A stretch of DNA of 64,000 nucleotides from an uncultured Thiomicrospira sp. (lineage in GTDB: Bacteria; Pseudomonadota; Gammaproteobacteria; CAKMZV01), in the NCBI GenBank assembly GCA_965195345.1, contig OZ239628.1, positions 135,298-199,297 of the forward strand, read 5' to 3'. The notes beneath the pieces are model-generated. The model saw only the letters and a program-made list of their open reading frames with translations. It searched no databases and was not told the origin of the DNA. The translations under genes were made by a program, and so were the position numbers. Shown here piece after piece: positions 9,764 through 18,591 of the stretch. How positions within the stretch are numbered: the first letter of the stretch is position 1; every line of letters starts with the position of its first letter.

Positions 9764-12094
9764 ATGACAAATTTAGTTATCGTCGAATCTCCGGCAAAAG
9801 CCAAAACAATAGAAAAATATCTTGGCAAAGACTTTTCTGTCATTTCATCCTTTGGACACATCAGAGACCTTGATAAAAAAGGGATGGGGATTGATATAGA
9901 AAATAATTTCACCCCCATGTATTCTGTATCTCCTGGCAGCACGAAGCATGTTAGTGCCATAAAGAAGCAGCTGAAAAAATCTGAAACAGTCTGGCTCGCG
10001 ACAGACGAAGACAGAGAAGGTGAAGCCATAGCATGGCATCTATACGATGAACTAAAACTCACCGATTCAAATACGCGAAGAATAACCTTTAATGAAATTA
10101 CCAAAGAAGCCATCCTTCACGCAGTAGCACATCCTCGGATGATTGACTTAGATTTAGTGAACGCCCAGCAAGCTCGTAGAGTTATTGATAGATTAGTAGG
10201 TTTCAAGCTCTCCCCTGTTTTATGGAAAAAAATTCAACGAGGGCTATCTGCTGGGCGTGTGCAATCTGTAGCAGTGCGATTGGTTGTAGAAAAAGAACGC
10301 AAAATTCAGCAATTTCAGTCAGTCTCAAACTTCCAAATAGAAGCAAATTTAAAGTCTGGATCAGAAGAAATGAAAGCCCATTATCCCGATACTATTAATA
10401 GTAAGGAAGCGGTTTTGCCATTTTTTAATCAAATTCAGTCAACTCAATGGACGGTAGGAAAAATTAACCGCAAAGTTTCAAAGCGCTCTCCTCAACCGCC
10501 ATTTACTACATCAAGCTTGCAACAAACCGCTTCAAGCATGTTTGGTTTTTCAGTGAAAAAAACCATGGTATTAGCTCAAAAACTGTATGAAGCTGGCTAT
10601 ATAACCTATATGCGAACTGATTCTGTTACCTTATCAAGTCAAGCGCATGAACAAATAAAAAAAGGCATTTTTAAAAGGTTCGGTGATGAATACTATCAAC
10701 ATCGTCTTTATAAGACCAAACAGGGAAATGCTCAAGAAGCTCATGAGGCAATACGCCCAACGGATTTTGACTTCGATATGAAGACTGGCGACAGTGGCGA
10801 AAAAAAACTATACCGCCTCATTCTTGAAAGAACGTTGGCATCTCAAATGTCGGATGCAAAGATTAATCGAACTGAAATAAATATTGATGCTGGTGTGGAA
10901 AAACCTTTTATTTGTAAAGGAGAAGAGGTCGTTTTTGATGGTTTTATGCACTTGACAGGTAGAGGCAGTAAGAACATTATATTGCCTTCCCTAAAACAAG
11001 GCGATCACCTACAAATGCAATCCGTTCAAGCTCGCGAGCGTTTCAGTCGTCCATCCGCACGCTACAGTGAAGCAACTCTTGTGAAAGCGTTAGAAGAGCT
11101 TGGCATTGGCAGACCCTCTACATACGCACCGACCATATCCACCATTCAAGAAAGAGGGTATGTAGAAGTCAGAGATTTAGAGGCACAATCAAGAGAAATT
11201 CAGATTATTGAGTTGTCAGGCGAAGGGATATCTGAAACCGTTGAAAATGAAAAATTTGGTTCCGAGCAAGCTCGAATGATTCCAACGGCAGTTGCAGAGT
11301 TAGTGACAGATTTTCTCATAGAACATGCAGAAAGCATTGTTGATGTTCAGTTCACTGCTAAACTTGAAGCAAAGTTTGACAAAATTGCCAGTGGGAAAGA
11401 ATCTTGGGGAAACATGGTCTCTAATTTCTATTCAACATTTCATCCCATGGTTGATCATGCAAGCCAAGCTCAAAGGCCAAGCGAGACAACGGCCCGATTG
11501 ATTGGAACGCACCCAAAACTGGAAAAACCACTTTATGCAAAAATTGGCAGATACGGTCCTTATGTTCAAGTTGGTGAAAACCCAACAGATGAAGAGCCTT
11601 CTGAAAAGCCTTTATATGCAAGTCTAAGAAAAAATCAAAACATAAATACGATTTCTCTTGAAGAGGCGCTTAAATTATTTGACCTACCAAGAGAGCTCGG
11701 TACTTTGGATAAAGATATACATCATGTTGCGATTGATGGGAGCACGTTTAATGCAGAGAAAGGAGTAACCATTTATGCTAATATTGGTCGATTTGGTCCC
11801 TACCTTCAATACGGCACACGTTCATACGCATCATTAAAAAAAGATCATCCCTCTCCTGAAGAGATAACACTTGAAAGGGCTACAGAGATTATTGATGAAA
11901 AGTTAGCAGCTGATGCTAAAAAACACATTGCAGTCTACGGAGACATCTATGCAATGAAAGGGCCTTACGGTTTTTATCTTAAACAAGGCAGAAAGAATTT
12001 CAAAATATCGCAAGATATGGACCCACAAAACTTATCAGCGCAGGATATTGAGAAAATTTTGACGCAAACTCGCAAAAAAGGGAGAAAAAAATGA
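9764..12094 (+). CDS. topA: DNA topoisomerase I (cysteine-free C-terminal domain)
   Basis: [21 protein letters not shown] (Toprim), [23 protein letters not shown] (catalytic Tyr) and C-terminal [25 protein letters not shown] repeats. The start may instead be the ATG at 9752. Confidence 0.93.
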   Translation: MTNLVIVESPAKAKTIEKYLGKDFSVISSFGHIRDLDKKGMGIDIENNFTPMYSVSPGSTKHVSAIKKQLKKSETVWLATDEDREGEAIAWHLYDELKLTDSNTRRITFNEITKEAILHAVAHPRMIDLDLVNAQQARRVIDRLVGFKLSPVLWKKIQRGLSAGRVQSVAVRLVVEKERKIQQFQSVSNFQIEANLKSGSEEMKAHYPDTINSKEAVLPFFNQIQSTQWTVGKINRKVSKRSPQPPFTTSSLQQTASSMFGFSVKKTMVLAQKLYEAGYITYMRTDSVTLSSQAHEQIKKGIFKRFGDEYYQHRLYKTKQGNAQEAHEAIRPTDFDFDMKTGDSGEKKLYRLILERTLASQMSDAKINRTEINIDAGVEKPFICKGEEVVFDGFMHLTGRGSKNIILPSLKQGDHLQMQSVQARERFSRPSARYSEATLVKALEELGIGRPSTYAPTISTIQERGYVEVRDLEAQSREIQIIELSGEGISETVENEKFGSEQARMIPTAVAELVTDFLIEHAESIVDVQFTAKLEAKFDKIASGKESWGNMVSNFYSTFHPMVDHASQAQRPSETTARLIGTHPKLEKPLYAKIGRYGPYVQVGENPTDEEPSEKPLYASLRKNQNINTISLEEALKLFDLPRELGTLDKDIHHVAIDGSTFNAEKGVTIYANIGRFGPYLQYGTRSYASLKKDHPSPEEITLERATEIIDEKLAADAKKHIAVYGDIYAMKGPYGFYLKQGRKNFKISQDMDPQNLSAQDIEKILTQTRKKGRKK

Positions 12095-12597
12095 ATGAAC
12101 AGCGTTTTGTTTCTATTTTAATGGGATCGGATTCAGATTGGCCCGTAATGCAAAAAACGCAATCGGTACTGAAAAAACTACAGATAACTTGTGAAGTAAG
12201 AGTTCTTTCAGCACATAGGACTCCTGAACAAACTGTTGAGTACATAAAAGATGCGGAAAAAAGAGGAGCGTGTGTTTTTATTTCAGCAGCTGGAATGGCA
12301 GCACATCTTGCTGGTGCTACGGCGGCGGCAACTACGCGCCCTGTAATAGGCGTTCCGCTAAATGCGGGAAGTCTTGGTGGATTTGATGCATTACTATCGA
12401 CTGTTCAAATGCCAAGCGGCATTCCTGTAGCAACGGTTGCTATCGGCTCAGCAGGCGCGGAAAATGCCGCATATTTAGCTGCACAAATACTTGCGTTATC
12501 TGATAATTCTTTGGCTGAAAAAATAAAACACGTCCGTGCTGAAAATGTGAAGAAAGTCCTCCAAAAAAACGCTAACATACAAACAGCTCTTGATTAG
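12091..12597 (+). CDS. purE: N5-carboxyaminoimidazole ribonucleotide mutase
   Basis: [14 protein letters not shown]...VLSAHRTPE...[13 protein letters not shown]...TTRPVIGVP is the PurE signature. The ATGA overlaps the topA stop. Confidence 0.93.
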   Translation: MNEQRFVSILMGSDSDWPVMQKTQSVLKKLQITCEVRVLSAHRTPEQTVEYIKDAEKRGACVFISAAGMAAHLAGATAAATTRPVIGVPLNAGSLGGFDALLSTVQMPSGIPVATVAIGSAGAENAAYLAAQILALSDNSLAEKIKHVRAENVKKVLQKNANIQTALD

Positions 12598-12693
12598 ATT
12601 GCGCCAAAAATGCAGAATTCTGGATAAAATCGATGCTTTTCTATAAATTAATTGCAGAAATTTCAACGATATAAACAAATAAATTTAAAGTGA

Positions 12694-12722
12694 TTGTAAA
12701 CTTTGATTTTATCTTCTATAAT
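12694..12722 (+). promoter_or_regulatory. Candidate sigma70 promoter for the ctp / stator-like / tolC gene string
   Basis: TTGTAA (12694-12699), a 17-nt spacer, then TATAAT (12717-12722), 13 nt upstream of the ctp ATG. Sequence match only. Confidence 0.35.
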
Positions 12723-12734
12723 AATTAACTAATT

Positions 12735-14063
12735 ATGCCTAACACATTCAAAACAAAAAAACTGAAATTTCTTAGTATAGGAGTGCTTATCGGTGCTTCT
12801 CTATGGCTATGCTTGCCCTTGCAAGTTACAGCCTCCTCAACGAATCTTCCATTAGAGGAAATTCATCGCTTAAACAACGCATTTGAAACAATTAAAGGAT
12901 CCTACGTCGATGAAATGGACGACAAAGAACTAATTAATGCTGCAATTCGCGGAATGATTAGCGACTTGGATCCCCATTCTGCATATCTTGAACCAGTCGC
13001 CTACAAAAACTTGCGCACATCTACAAGTGGAAAGTTTGGTGGCTTAGGTATAGAGGTCACGATGGAAAACGGTTTTGTGAAGGTAGTTTCCCCCATCGAC
13101 GATACCCCCGCATTCAAAGCTGGCGTGAAAGCTGGTGATTTAATCATTCGCTTAGACGAGTTATCAGTCAAGGGAATGAGTCTCAAAGAGGCTGTTGACA
13201 TTATGCGTGGCGAACCAGGAACAGATATTGAGTTAACTATAGTACGCGAGAACGAAGGCAAACCAATAGAAATAACGATAACTCGCGATATTATTCAAAT
13301 TACCAGTGTTCGTTCAGAAATGCTTGAAGATAATATAGTTTATATACGAATATCCCAATTCCAAGAACCAACCTCTCGGCAAATGTATGAAAAAATCAAA
13401 CAATACCAGCAAGAGAATGGCCGCATAAATGGTCTCATCCTAGATTTGAGGAACAATCCTGGCGGTGTTCTATCTGGCGCGATTGATGTTGCTGGCGCTT
13501 TTTTAGATGAAAAGGTGGTCGTTAAAACAAAAGGTCGTATTCGTAATAGCAGCGAAATTTTCAAAGCCAATCCTGGAGATTTATTGCCAAACACCCCAAT
13601 AATCGTTTTAATAAACGGGGGATCTGCGTCTGCGTCTGAAATTGTTGCCGGCGCTTTACAAGATCATCGTAGAGCTATTATTATGGGTCAAAAAAGTTTC
13701 GGTAAAGGATCTGTTCAAACCGTTATCCCTTTATCAAAAAAGTACGCGATGAAAATAACTACTTCAAGGTATTACACACCTAACGATCGCGCGATACAAG
13801 CAGAGGGCGTAACGCCTGACATAGGAATCCCTATCGTCAAAGTTACTCCTGTTGAACAAATTCAAAGATTTAAAGAGAAAGATTTGTCAGGCCACCTTGA
13901 AAATGAACCCTCCGATGACGCTCAAAAAACAACGACTTCTAACAAAAATACTATTGAAAAGCCTGATACGTTAATTAATGCCGATAGCATAATCGAAAAA
14001 GATTATGAACTTTCTCAAGCAATCAATACACTGAAAGCATTGGGCTTAACCCAAAGAAACTAA
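12735..14063 (+). CDS. ctpA: Carboxy-terminal processing protease (peptidase S41) with PDZ domain
   Basis: Signal-like N-terminus, GKFGGLGIEV, PDZ segment SPIDDTPAFKAGVKAGDLII, LDLRNNPGG, LINGGSASASEIVAGALQD and GQKSFGKGSVQ. Confidence 0.9.
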   Translation: MPNTFKTKKLKFLSIGVLIGASLWLCLPLQVTASSTNLPLEEIHRLNNAFETIKGSYVDEMDDKELINAAIRGMISDLDPHSAYLEPVAYKNLRTSTSGKFGGLGIEVTMENGFVKVVSPIDDTPAFKAGVKAGDLIIRLDELSVKGMSLKEAVDIMRGEPGTDIELTIVRENEGKPIEITITRDIIQITSVRSEMLEDNIVYIRISQFQEPTSRQMYEKIKQYQQENGRINGLILDLRNNPGGVLSGAIDVAGAFLDEKVVVKTKGRIRNSSEIFKANPGDLLPNTPIIVLINGGSASASEIVAGALQDHRRAIIMGQKSFGKGSVQTVIPLSKKYAMKITTSRYYTPNDRAIQAEGVTPDIGIPIVKVTPVEQIQRFKEKDLSGHLENEPSDDAQKTTTSNKNTIEKPDTLINADSIIEKDYELSQAINTLKALGLTQRN

Positions 14064-14084
14064 TTTTCAAATAAAGGAAGAACC

Positions 14085-15488
14085 ATGAATGTTAAACCGC
14101 TAAGAAGCATTATTGTAATTTTAATCGTATTTTTTTCCGCAGTTACTATATGGCAAGATAAGCTTTTATCTTTCTTCGAATCAAATCCTCAACTTAATGG
14201 TTTCATTGTCCTTGCAATGCTTGTTGGCATGATTTTTATCACTTGGAACGCCGCCCGTTTAGGAACAATGATACGAATCCTTAAACAAGCTGACGAAAAG
14301 CCTGACGATTACAAAAAAATCATTAGTAATTCCAAAGTATTTGAAACATTCATGTCACGTAAAGATGTGGATACTGTTCGTGGATGGAATGAAGAGAATC
14401 TTTTTAGCGCAGAACAGGTAGACGATATTCTCAGCAGTATGAGACTTCGAATCGGCGAAATTAGAAATTTTTCTAATTACTTTTCAGGCGTATTAATCAT
14501 TCTTGGCTTATTAGGGACGTTTCTTGGCCTCTTGGAAACCATTAAAGCTATTTCTGAGGTATTCAGTGGACCCTCACTAAAGTTCTTGGTAGGTACTAAA
14601 GATACTGGAGCTGCAGGTGGTGCAGAAGTACTTACGTTTTTTGAAGCAATAGCAAAACCACTCGCTGGTATGGGTATTGCGTTTTCATCTTCCCTATTTG
14701 GTTTATCTGGTTCTTTGTTTGTCGGTTTGCTTGCTTTTGTTTCCTCAAGAAGTCAATCTTTCTTCTTATTTGATGTATTTGATTGGTTCAAAAGTCGAAC
14801 CGTTGAAAAAGATAAAGAGTCGCTTGATAAAAAATCGATGACTAACATGAAAGGTGGATCTGGAGGGGCTGGAGGCTTAATGGGCTCGCTTATTTCTCGA
14901 GGAGTTCAGCACTCACAAACCTCTCAATCTGGTGGTGGAACTGGCAATGTTACTGGAACAGGGCACTTTAAAGGTGATTTTGATGGTCGTTCTTTAACAG
15001 AGGTATTTGATCGACTTGAATTGCTATCAAAAGATGCTATTGAAAAAAATGGACTGCTGGCTCAAGCTGCGCTGAAACTGGGTGAAAACCTTGCTTTGGA
15101 ACAAAAACGGTTAGCAGACATCGCCACATACCAACAAAGATCTTCCACTTTTCTTGCCAGCATAAATGAACAAAGTGCCCAGCAAATTCATATTATGAAT
15201 CAACTAGTTGAAGCAAGTCATAGTAATACAGATCGAGAAGAGTTTAGAGCGCTTGCCTCACATTTCCACCGTTCCTTTGACAAATTACTAAGTGAAGTTA
15301 GCACATCAAATCGCCACTTATTAGAGAACATTAAGATCAGAGGAGATGCACCTATCGGCAACATCGACCCATATGGGAATCAAAATCCTACTGCTCAAAA
15401 CAATCCAATTGAACCCAACCCACCCTCTTATACAACGGCGGTTGATGCGCAACATTTTGAATCTTCAGGTCAAGAAGACCGTCGTTAA
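14085..15488 (+). CDS. MotA/TolQ/ExbB-family proton-channel protein with about 240-aa C-terminal Gly-rich plus coiled-coil tail
   Basis: Four hydrophobic segments in MotA-like order (about aa 8-22, 38-55, 131-150, 190-220). Family motif VLIILGLLGTFLGLLETI and last TM GMGIAFSSSLFGLSGSLFVGLL (compare TolQ GLLGTVxGI / ALxTTxxGL). A good RBS (AAGGAAG) lies 21 nt after ctp. Confidence 0.75.
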   Translation: MNVKPLRSIIVILIVFFSAVTIWQDKLLSFFESNPQLNGFIVLAMLVGMIFITWNAARLGTMIRILKQADEKPDDYKKIISNSKVFETFMSRKDVDTVRGWNEENLFSAEQVDDILSSMRLRIGEIRNFSNYFSGVLIILGLLGTFLGLLETIKAISEVFSGPSLKFLVGTKDTGAAGGAEVLTFFEAIAKPLAGMGIAFSSSLFGLSGSLFVGLLAFVSSRSQSFFLFDVFDWFKSRTVEKDKESLDKKSMTNMKGGSGGAGGLMGSLISRGVQHSQTSQSGGGTGNVTGTGHFKGDFDGRSLTEVFDRLELLSKDAIEKNGLLAQAALKLGENLALEQKRLADIATYQQRSSTFLASINEQSAQQIHIMNQLVEASHSNTDREEFRALASHFHRSFDKLLSEVSTSNRHLLENIKIRGDAPIGNIDPYGNQNPTAQNNPIEPNPPSYTTAVDAQHFESSGQEDRR

Positions 15489-15505
15489 CAGGTCAATGTA
15501 AGCCT

Positions 15506-16288
15506 ATGGAATCTCAAGACTTAAATAGAATTGTTTGGCCAAGCTGTGTCGACATTTTTGGTCAAGTTGTGGTGACAATGGCATTCTTCTTCCTACTAAT
15601 ATTTATAATTTTAGCCTATTTCCTTGCTCAAATAGAATTTAGCAAAAGAGTTCAATCGACTGTTATCTCATATCAGACTTTATACAAACCAATTGCTGAT
15701 TTTTTATCCCCTTCTAACATAAGAAAACAAAATATTAAGAAAGAAAATCTGGATAACTTAATTTTACAGATAGAGACCTATGTTAAGTCAGTTCCTGTTG
15801 ATCGTGTTGTAGAACTTAAAACCCTAATTAAGCAAAGGGATAACTTGGTGGAAACAGTGCACAAGTTGGGCTTTACCAGCTATACACCGCAACCTTTAAA
15901 AGCCGAAATAGACACTATGGCAGTTATCTCTGGAGAAATAATAAACTATAAAGGTCGTTGGGATATATCAAGGCAAGGTGATAGTATTATTATTAACTTT
16001 AGTAATAATGGTATCATTCCTGATGAAGAATCATTGGCTTCAATTAGAACAACTCTTCGTGCTTTTGTTGCCACCTTAGGGAACAGGAGAGTTCAAGTTG
16101 AAGGGACTCAAAGCCCATCGGTTCGTAATAATGCTTTAAATAGTAGGCAAGTCATCGCACGGAATTTTGAGATTCGAAATATACTGAATCAATTTGGTGT
16201 AGATAAGAGAAACATCGAACTCATTAAATCGCCACCATTAAATAGTTATCCGCATGGCGCTATTTTTATAAAAGTTATGCCTAATTAA
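15506..16288 (+). CDS. MotB/TolR/ExbD-like single-pass membrane protein 1 with degenerate OmpA-like C-terminal region
   Basis: N-terminal IVWPSCVDIFGQVVVTMAFFFLLIF resembles MotB [20 protein letters not shown], with Asp16 (codon 15551-15553) at the position of the proton-relay Asp. C-terminal ...IIINFSNNG...RRVQVEGTQSP...NSRQVIARNFEIRNIL..GVDKRNIEL follows the OmpA-like layout, but the HTD/N..LS..RA residues are mostly replaced. Confidence 0.6.
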   Translation: MESQDLNRIVWPSCVDIFGQVVVTMAFFFLLIFIILAYFLAQIEFSKRVQSTVISYQTLYKPIADFLSPSNIRKQNIKKENLDNLILQIETYVKSVPVDRVVELKTLIKQRDNLVETVHKLGFTSYTPQPLKAEIDTMAVISGEIINYKGRWDISRQGDSIIINFSNNGIIPDEESLASIRTTLRAFVATLGNRRVQVEGTQSPSVRNNALNSRQVIARNFEIRNILNQFGVDKRNIELIKSPPLNSYPHGAIFIKVMPN

Positions 16289-16289
16289 C

Positions 16290-17141
16290 ATGAAGGATAT
16301 TCAAGATGATCGCACTCAAGATCGTAATTACGAAGGTGATTTTTGGCCAGGATTTGTCGATATCATGTCAGGTATTATTCTCGCCTTAAGCTTTCTGGTT
16401 TTAATAGCAGGCATCATTATTGCCATAATTTTCAAAGTAAATGTTACTATCAAAATTTTAAAGGACGAAGAAATACTTTATAAATACGTTCTTACCGTTT
16501 TGCAAGAATCTCCTTTGTTGACTGAAGCACAGTTTGATGTCATAGAAAAAGCGAAGGAGGGTGAATCTCTGCAAGTGCTGGTTTCAGACACAGTCCGTGA
16601 GTTAGAAAACGTTGCTGAGCGGACGCACGTTGTTCGTGATGAATATCCAGAGTTGAAAAGACGCATTCTTCAAGAAATTAGTTTTCTTGAGCTTCAGGTT
16701 GACCAACTCAGCAATCCCCCTCAAGGCCAAACAGAATCGTTATTAAAAAGTAAAGGTGGTCTCTCAAACAATACGGTTTCTCATTCAAAAGTGCCTCCTG
16801 CCGAAAAAAACTGGGATATTCGTCGATTTGATGAATCACTATTAGTTCAATTTACTAACACCTCAAGTGCTCGCCCAGAAGCTAAAGCATTTGCTGAGTT
16901 TAGGGCGTCTTTACTTCAGTGGTTGAATAATCGCAAAGGAACCATTCAGTTGTCCGTTAAGAACGCAGATGCCGTTTATCAATCGTTGGCTAATCGAGAT
17001 TCATTGGCGCGCGTTTTGTATGTAAGAGACGTCATCCGAAGTTTCGACCCAACTATAAAGATGTCTATTTCCAAAAATGCAAACACACCTGAAAAACTGA
17101 AAGACGAAAAATTCGGCTGGATCTTGATAACTTTGGAATAA
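16290..17141 (+). CDS. MotB/TolR/ExbD-like single-pass membrane protein 2 (distant paralogue of 15506-16288)
   Basis: N-terminal DFWPGFVDIMSGIILALSFLVLIAG, with Asp24 (codon 16359-16361). C-terminal LLVQFTNTS...TIQLSVKNADAV..LANRDSLARVLYVRDVI follows a degenerate OmpA-like layout. It starts 1 nt after the previous stop. Confidence 0.6.
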   Translation: MKDIQDDRTQDRNYEGDFWPGFVDIMSGIILALSFLVLIAGIIIAIIFKVNVTIKILKDEEILYKYVLTVLQESPLLTEAQFDVIEKAKEGESLQVLVSDTVRELENVAERTHVVRDEYPELKRRILQEISFLELQVDQLSNPPQGQTESLLKSKGGLSNNTVSHSKVPPAEKNWDIRRFDESLLVQFTNTSSARPEAKAFAEFRASLLQWLNNRKGTIQLSVKNADAVYQSLANRDSLARVLYVRDVIRSFDPTIKMSISKNANTPEKLKDEKFGWILITLE

Positions 17142-17178
17142 TAATTTCTATGGAACTAGAAAATCGAAGGGAATACAA

Positions 17179-18462
17179 ATGAAATATAAAATCACAGGGT
17201 TCTTTTTAATTGTTTTTATGATCAGCCCATCAGTTTGGAGCCTTGATCTTCAACAATCTGTTCTAACTGCTTTAGGTCGTGTAGAGGAATCAAAGATTGT
17301 TGCATCACAAATTCGACAGGGGCAAAATAGAATTGATGAGGCTGATGCTGCTTACTATCCTAATTTATCTGTCAACATACAGACGGGTACAGAGTTTCGT
17401 ACTCCAGGCTTTATAGCAGGTCAAACAGATGATACTTTCTATTCTTATCGATTAAGAACAACGCTTGATCAGCATCTATTTGATGGTGAAAGCAGACGGT
17501 TTTCTCTCGAAAATAGTAAGCTTTCTTTAAAGGCAACTGAATTTCAAGCCCAATCTGTTCTTGAAAGAGTTACTTTTGACGTTGTAACAAGTTATTTAAA
17601 CGTTGTTTATGTGGGTGAAGTAGTTCGCACACACAAAGAGAATTTAGTTGATTTCCAGCGCATATCAAAACAAATTGATGCGCGCGCACAAGGTGGTGCA
17701 TTACCAACGGCTGATGCGCAACAAGTCAAAGCACGTGTTGTTGGTGCTGAAGCCGCCTTAAGTCGTGCTCAGTTAGAACTTTCCGAAGCTGAATTCTCAT
17801 ATACTAGACTTGTTGGACCAGTTGAAAGTGATATGTCTATCCCGTTTGAAGTGCCTGATATCTTTTTCGAAAACTATGGTTTACTTTTGGAAAAAATGCG
17901 CACTCAAAACACTGGACTTCAACAAGCAAAATATAATCGCAGAGTAGCATTGACAGACATAAATATATCCAAAGCGGCCTTCTGGCCAACTATTTCTTTT
18001 CAACTACTGCTTCAAAATGAAAACACTTTCTCAGGAGGACAGGGAGAAATAAATCAGGCAGGCGCCTTTTTCAATTTGAACTACAACTATAACTTGGGGG
18101 GCGCTACAGAAAACAGTGTGGATAGAGCTGAAGAGCGTTCTAAAGAATTATTCCTTTTAAGGCAGCTCTTGCGTCGCGATTCAGAAATAACTTTGCAGAC
18201 GGCCTATTCAAATTATCTATCATTCAAAAAGGTTAATCGAGCCATTCAATTAGAGATTGAATCTAATCGTAAGGTTCTTGAGGCTCAATTACAACAACAG
18301 CGGTTTGGCGATGTAAGGGTCTTGGATTTAGTCACTGCACAAGAGCGATTAAATGATGCCAGAATTCGTTTACTACGTAGCCAATTGGACGAGCAATTAA
18401 CACGCTATCAAATTCTACAACTGATTGGTGAAATTCTAACGCACTTTAATTCTTCAGGCTAA
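17179..18462 (+). CDS. tolC: TolC-family outer-membrane channel (type I secretion / efflux outer membrane protein)
   Basis: Signal peptide, then LDLQQSVLTALGRVEESKIVASQIRQGQNRIDEADAAYYPNLSV. There is a two-fold repeated coiled-coil/beta architecture with a second half ...ISKAAFWPTISFQ.... Length is 427 aa. Confidence 0.8.
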   Translation: MKYKITGFFLIVFMISPSVWSLDLQQSVLTALGRVEESKIVASQIRQGQNRIDEADAAYYPNLSVNIQTGTEFRTPGFIAGQTDDTFYSYRLRTTLDQHLFDGESRRFSLENSKLSLKATEFQAQSVLERVTFDVVTSYLNVVYVGEVVRTHKENLVDFQRISKQIDARAQGGALPTADAQQVKARVVGAEAALSRAQLELSEAEFSYTRLVGPVESDMSIPFEVPDIFFENYGLLLEKMRTQNTGLQQAKYNRRVALTDINISKAAFWPTISFQLLLQNENTFSGGQGEINQAGAFFNLNYNYNLGGATENSVDRAEERSKELFLLRQLLRRDSEITLQTAYSNYLSFKKVNRAIQLEIESNRKVLEAQLQQQRFGDVRVLDLVTAQERLNDARIRLLRSQLDEQLTRYQILQLIGEILTHFNSSG

Positions 18463-18486
18463 GTCACTGAAAATCAAAAACAATTC

Positions 18487-18515
18487 TTGACATTTTAATC
18501 CGCTGCCATCATAAT
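18487..18515 (+). promoter_or_regulatory. Candidate sigma70 promoter of the RTX gene
   Basis: TTGACA (18487-18492), a 17-nt spacer, then CATAAT (18510-18515), in the 129-nt gap between tolC and the RTX gene. A purine-rich RBS (GAAGGAAG) precedes the ATG at 18592. Confidence 0.5.
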
Positions 18516-18591
18516 GATTTAATAGTGGAGAATTAACTATTCATTCCAAAAATAAATAATAGTAAAAAATAGTACGAAGGAAGATAGTAGG

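Noticed and set aside
9598-10113. 171-aa minus-strand ORF spanning the dtd remnant and the topA start
   Set aside because: It is antisense to the highly conserved Toprim region of topA and has no motifs. It is an artefact.
14085-17141. Possible Zorya-type anti-phage system (ZorA-like long-tailed MotA homologue plus ZorB-like protein)
   Set aside because: No ZorC/ZorD/ZorE-like nuclease or helicase genes follow. Instead there is a second MotB-like gene and TolC. The tail (about 240 aa) is much shorter than I recall for ZorA, and there is no mobile-element or defence-island context. I kept it only as a structural analogy.
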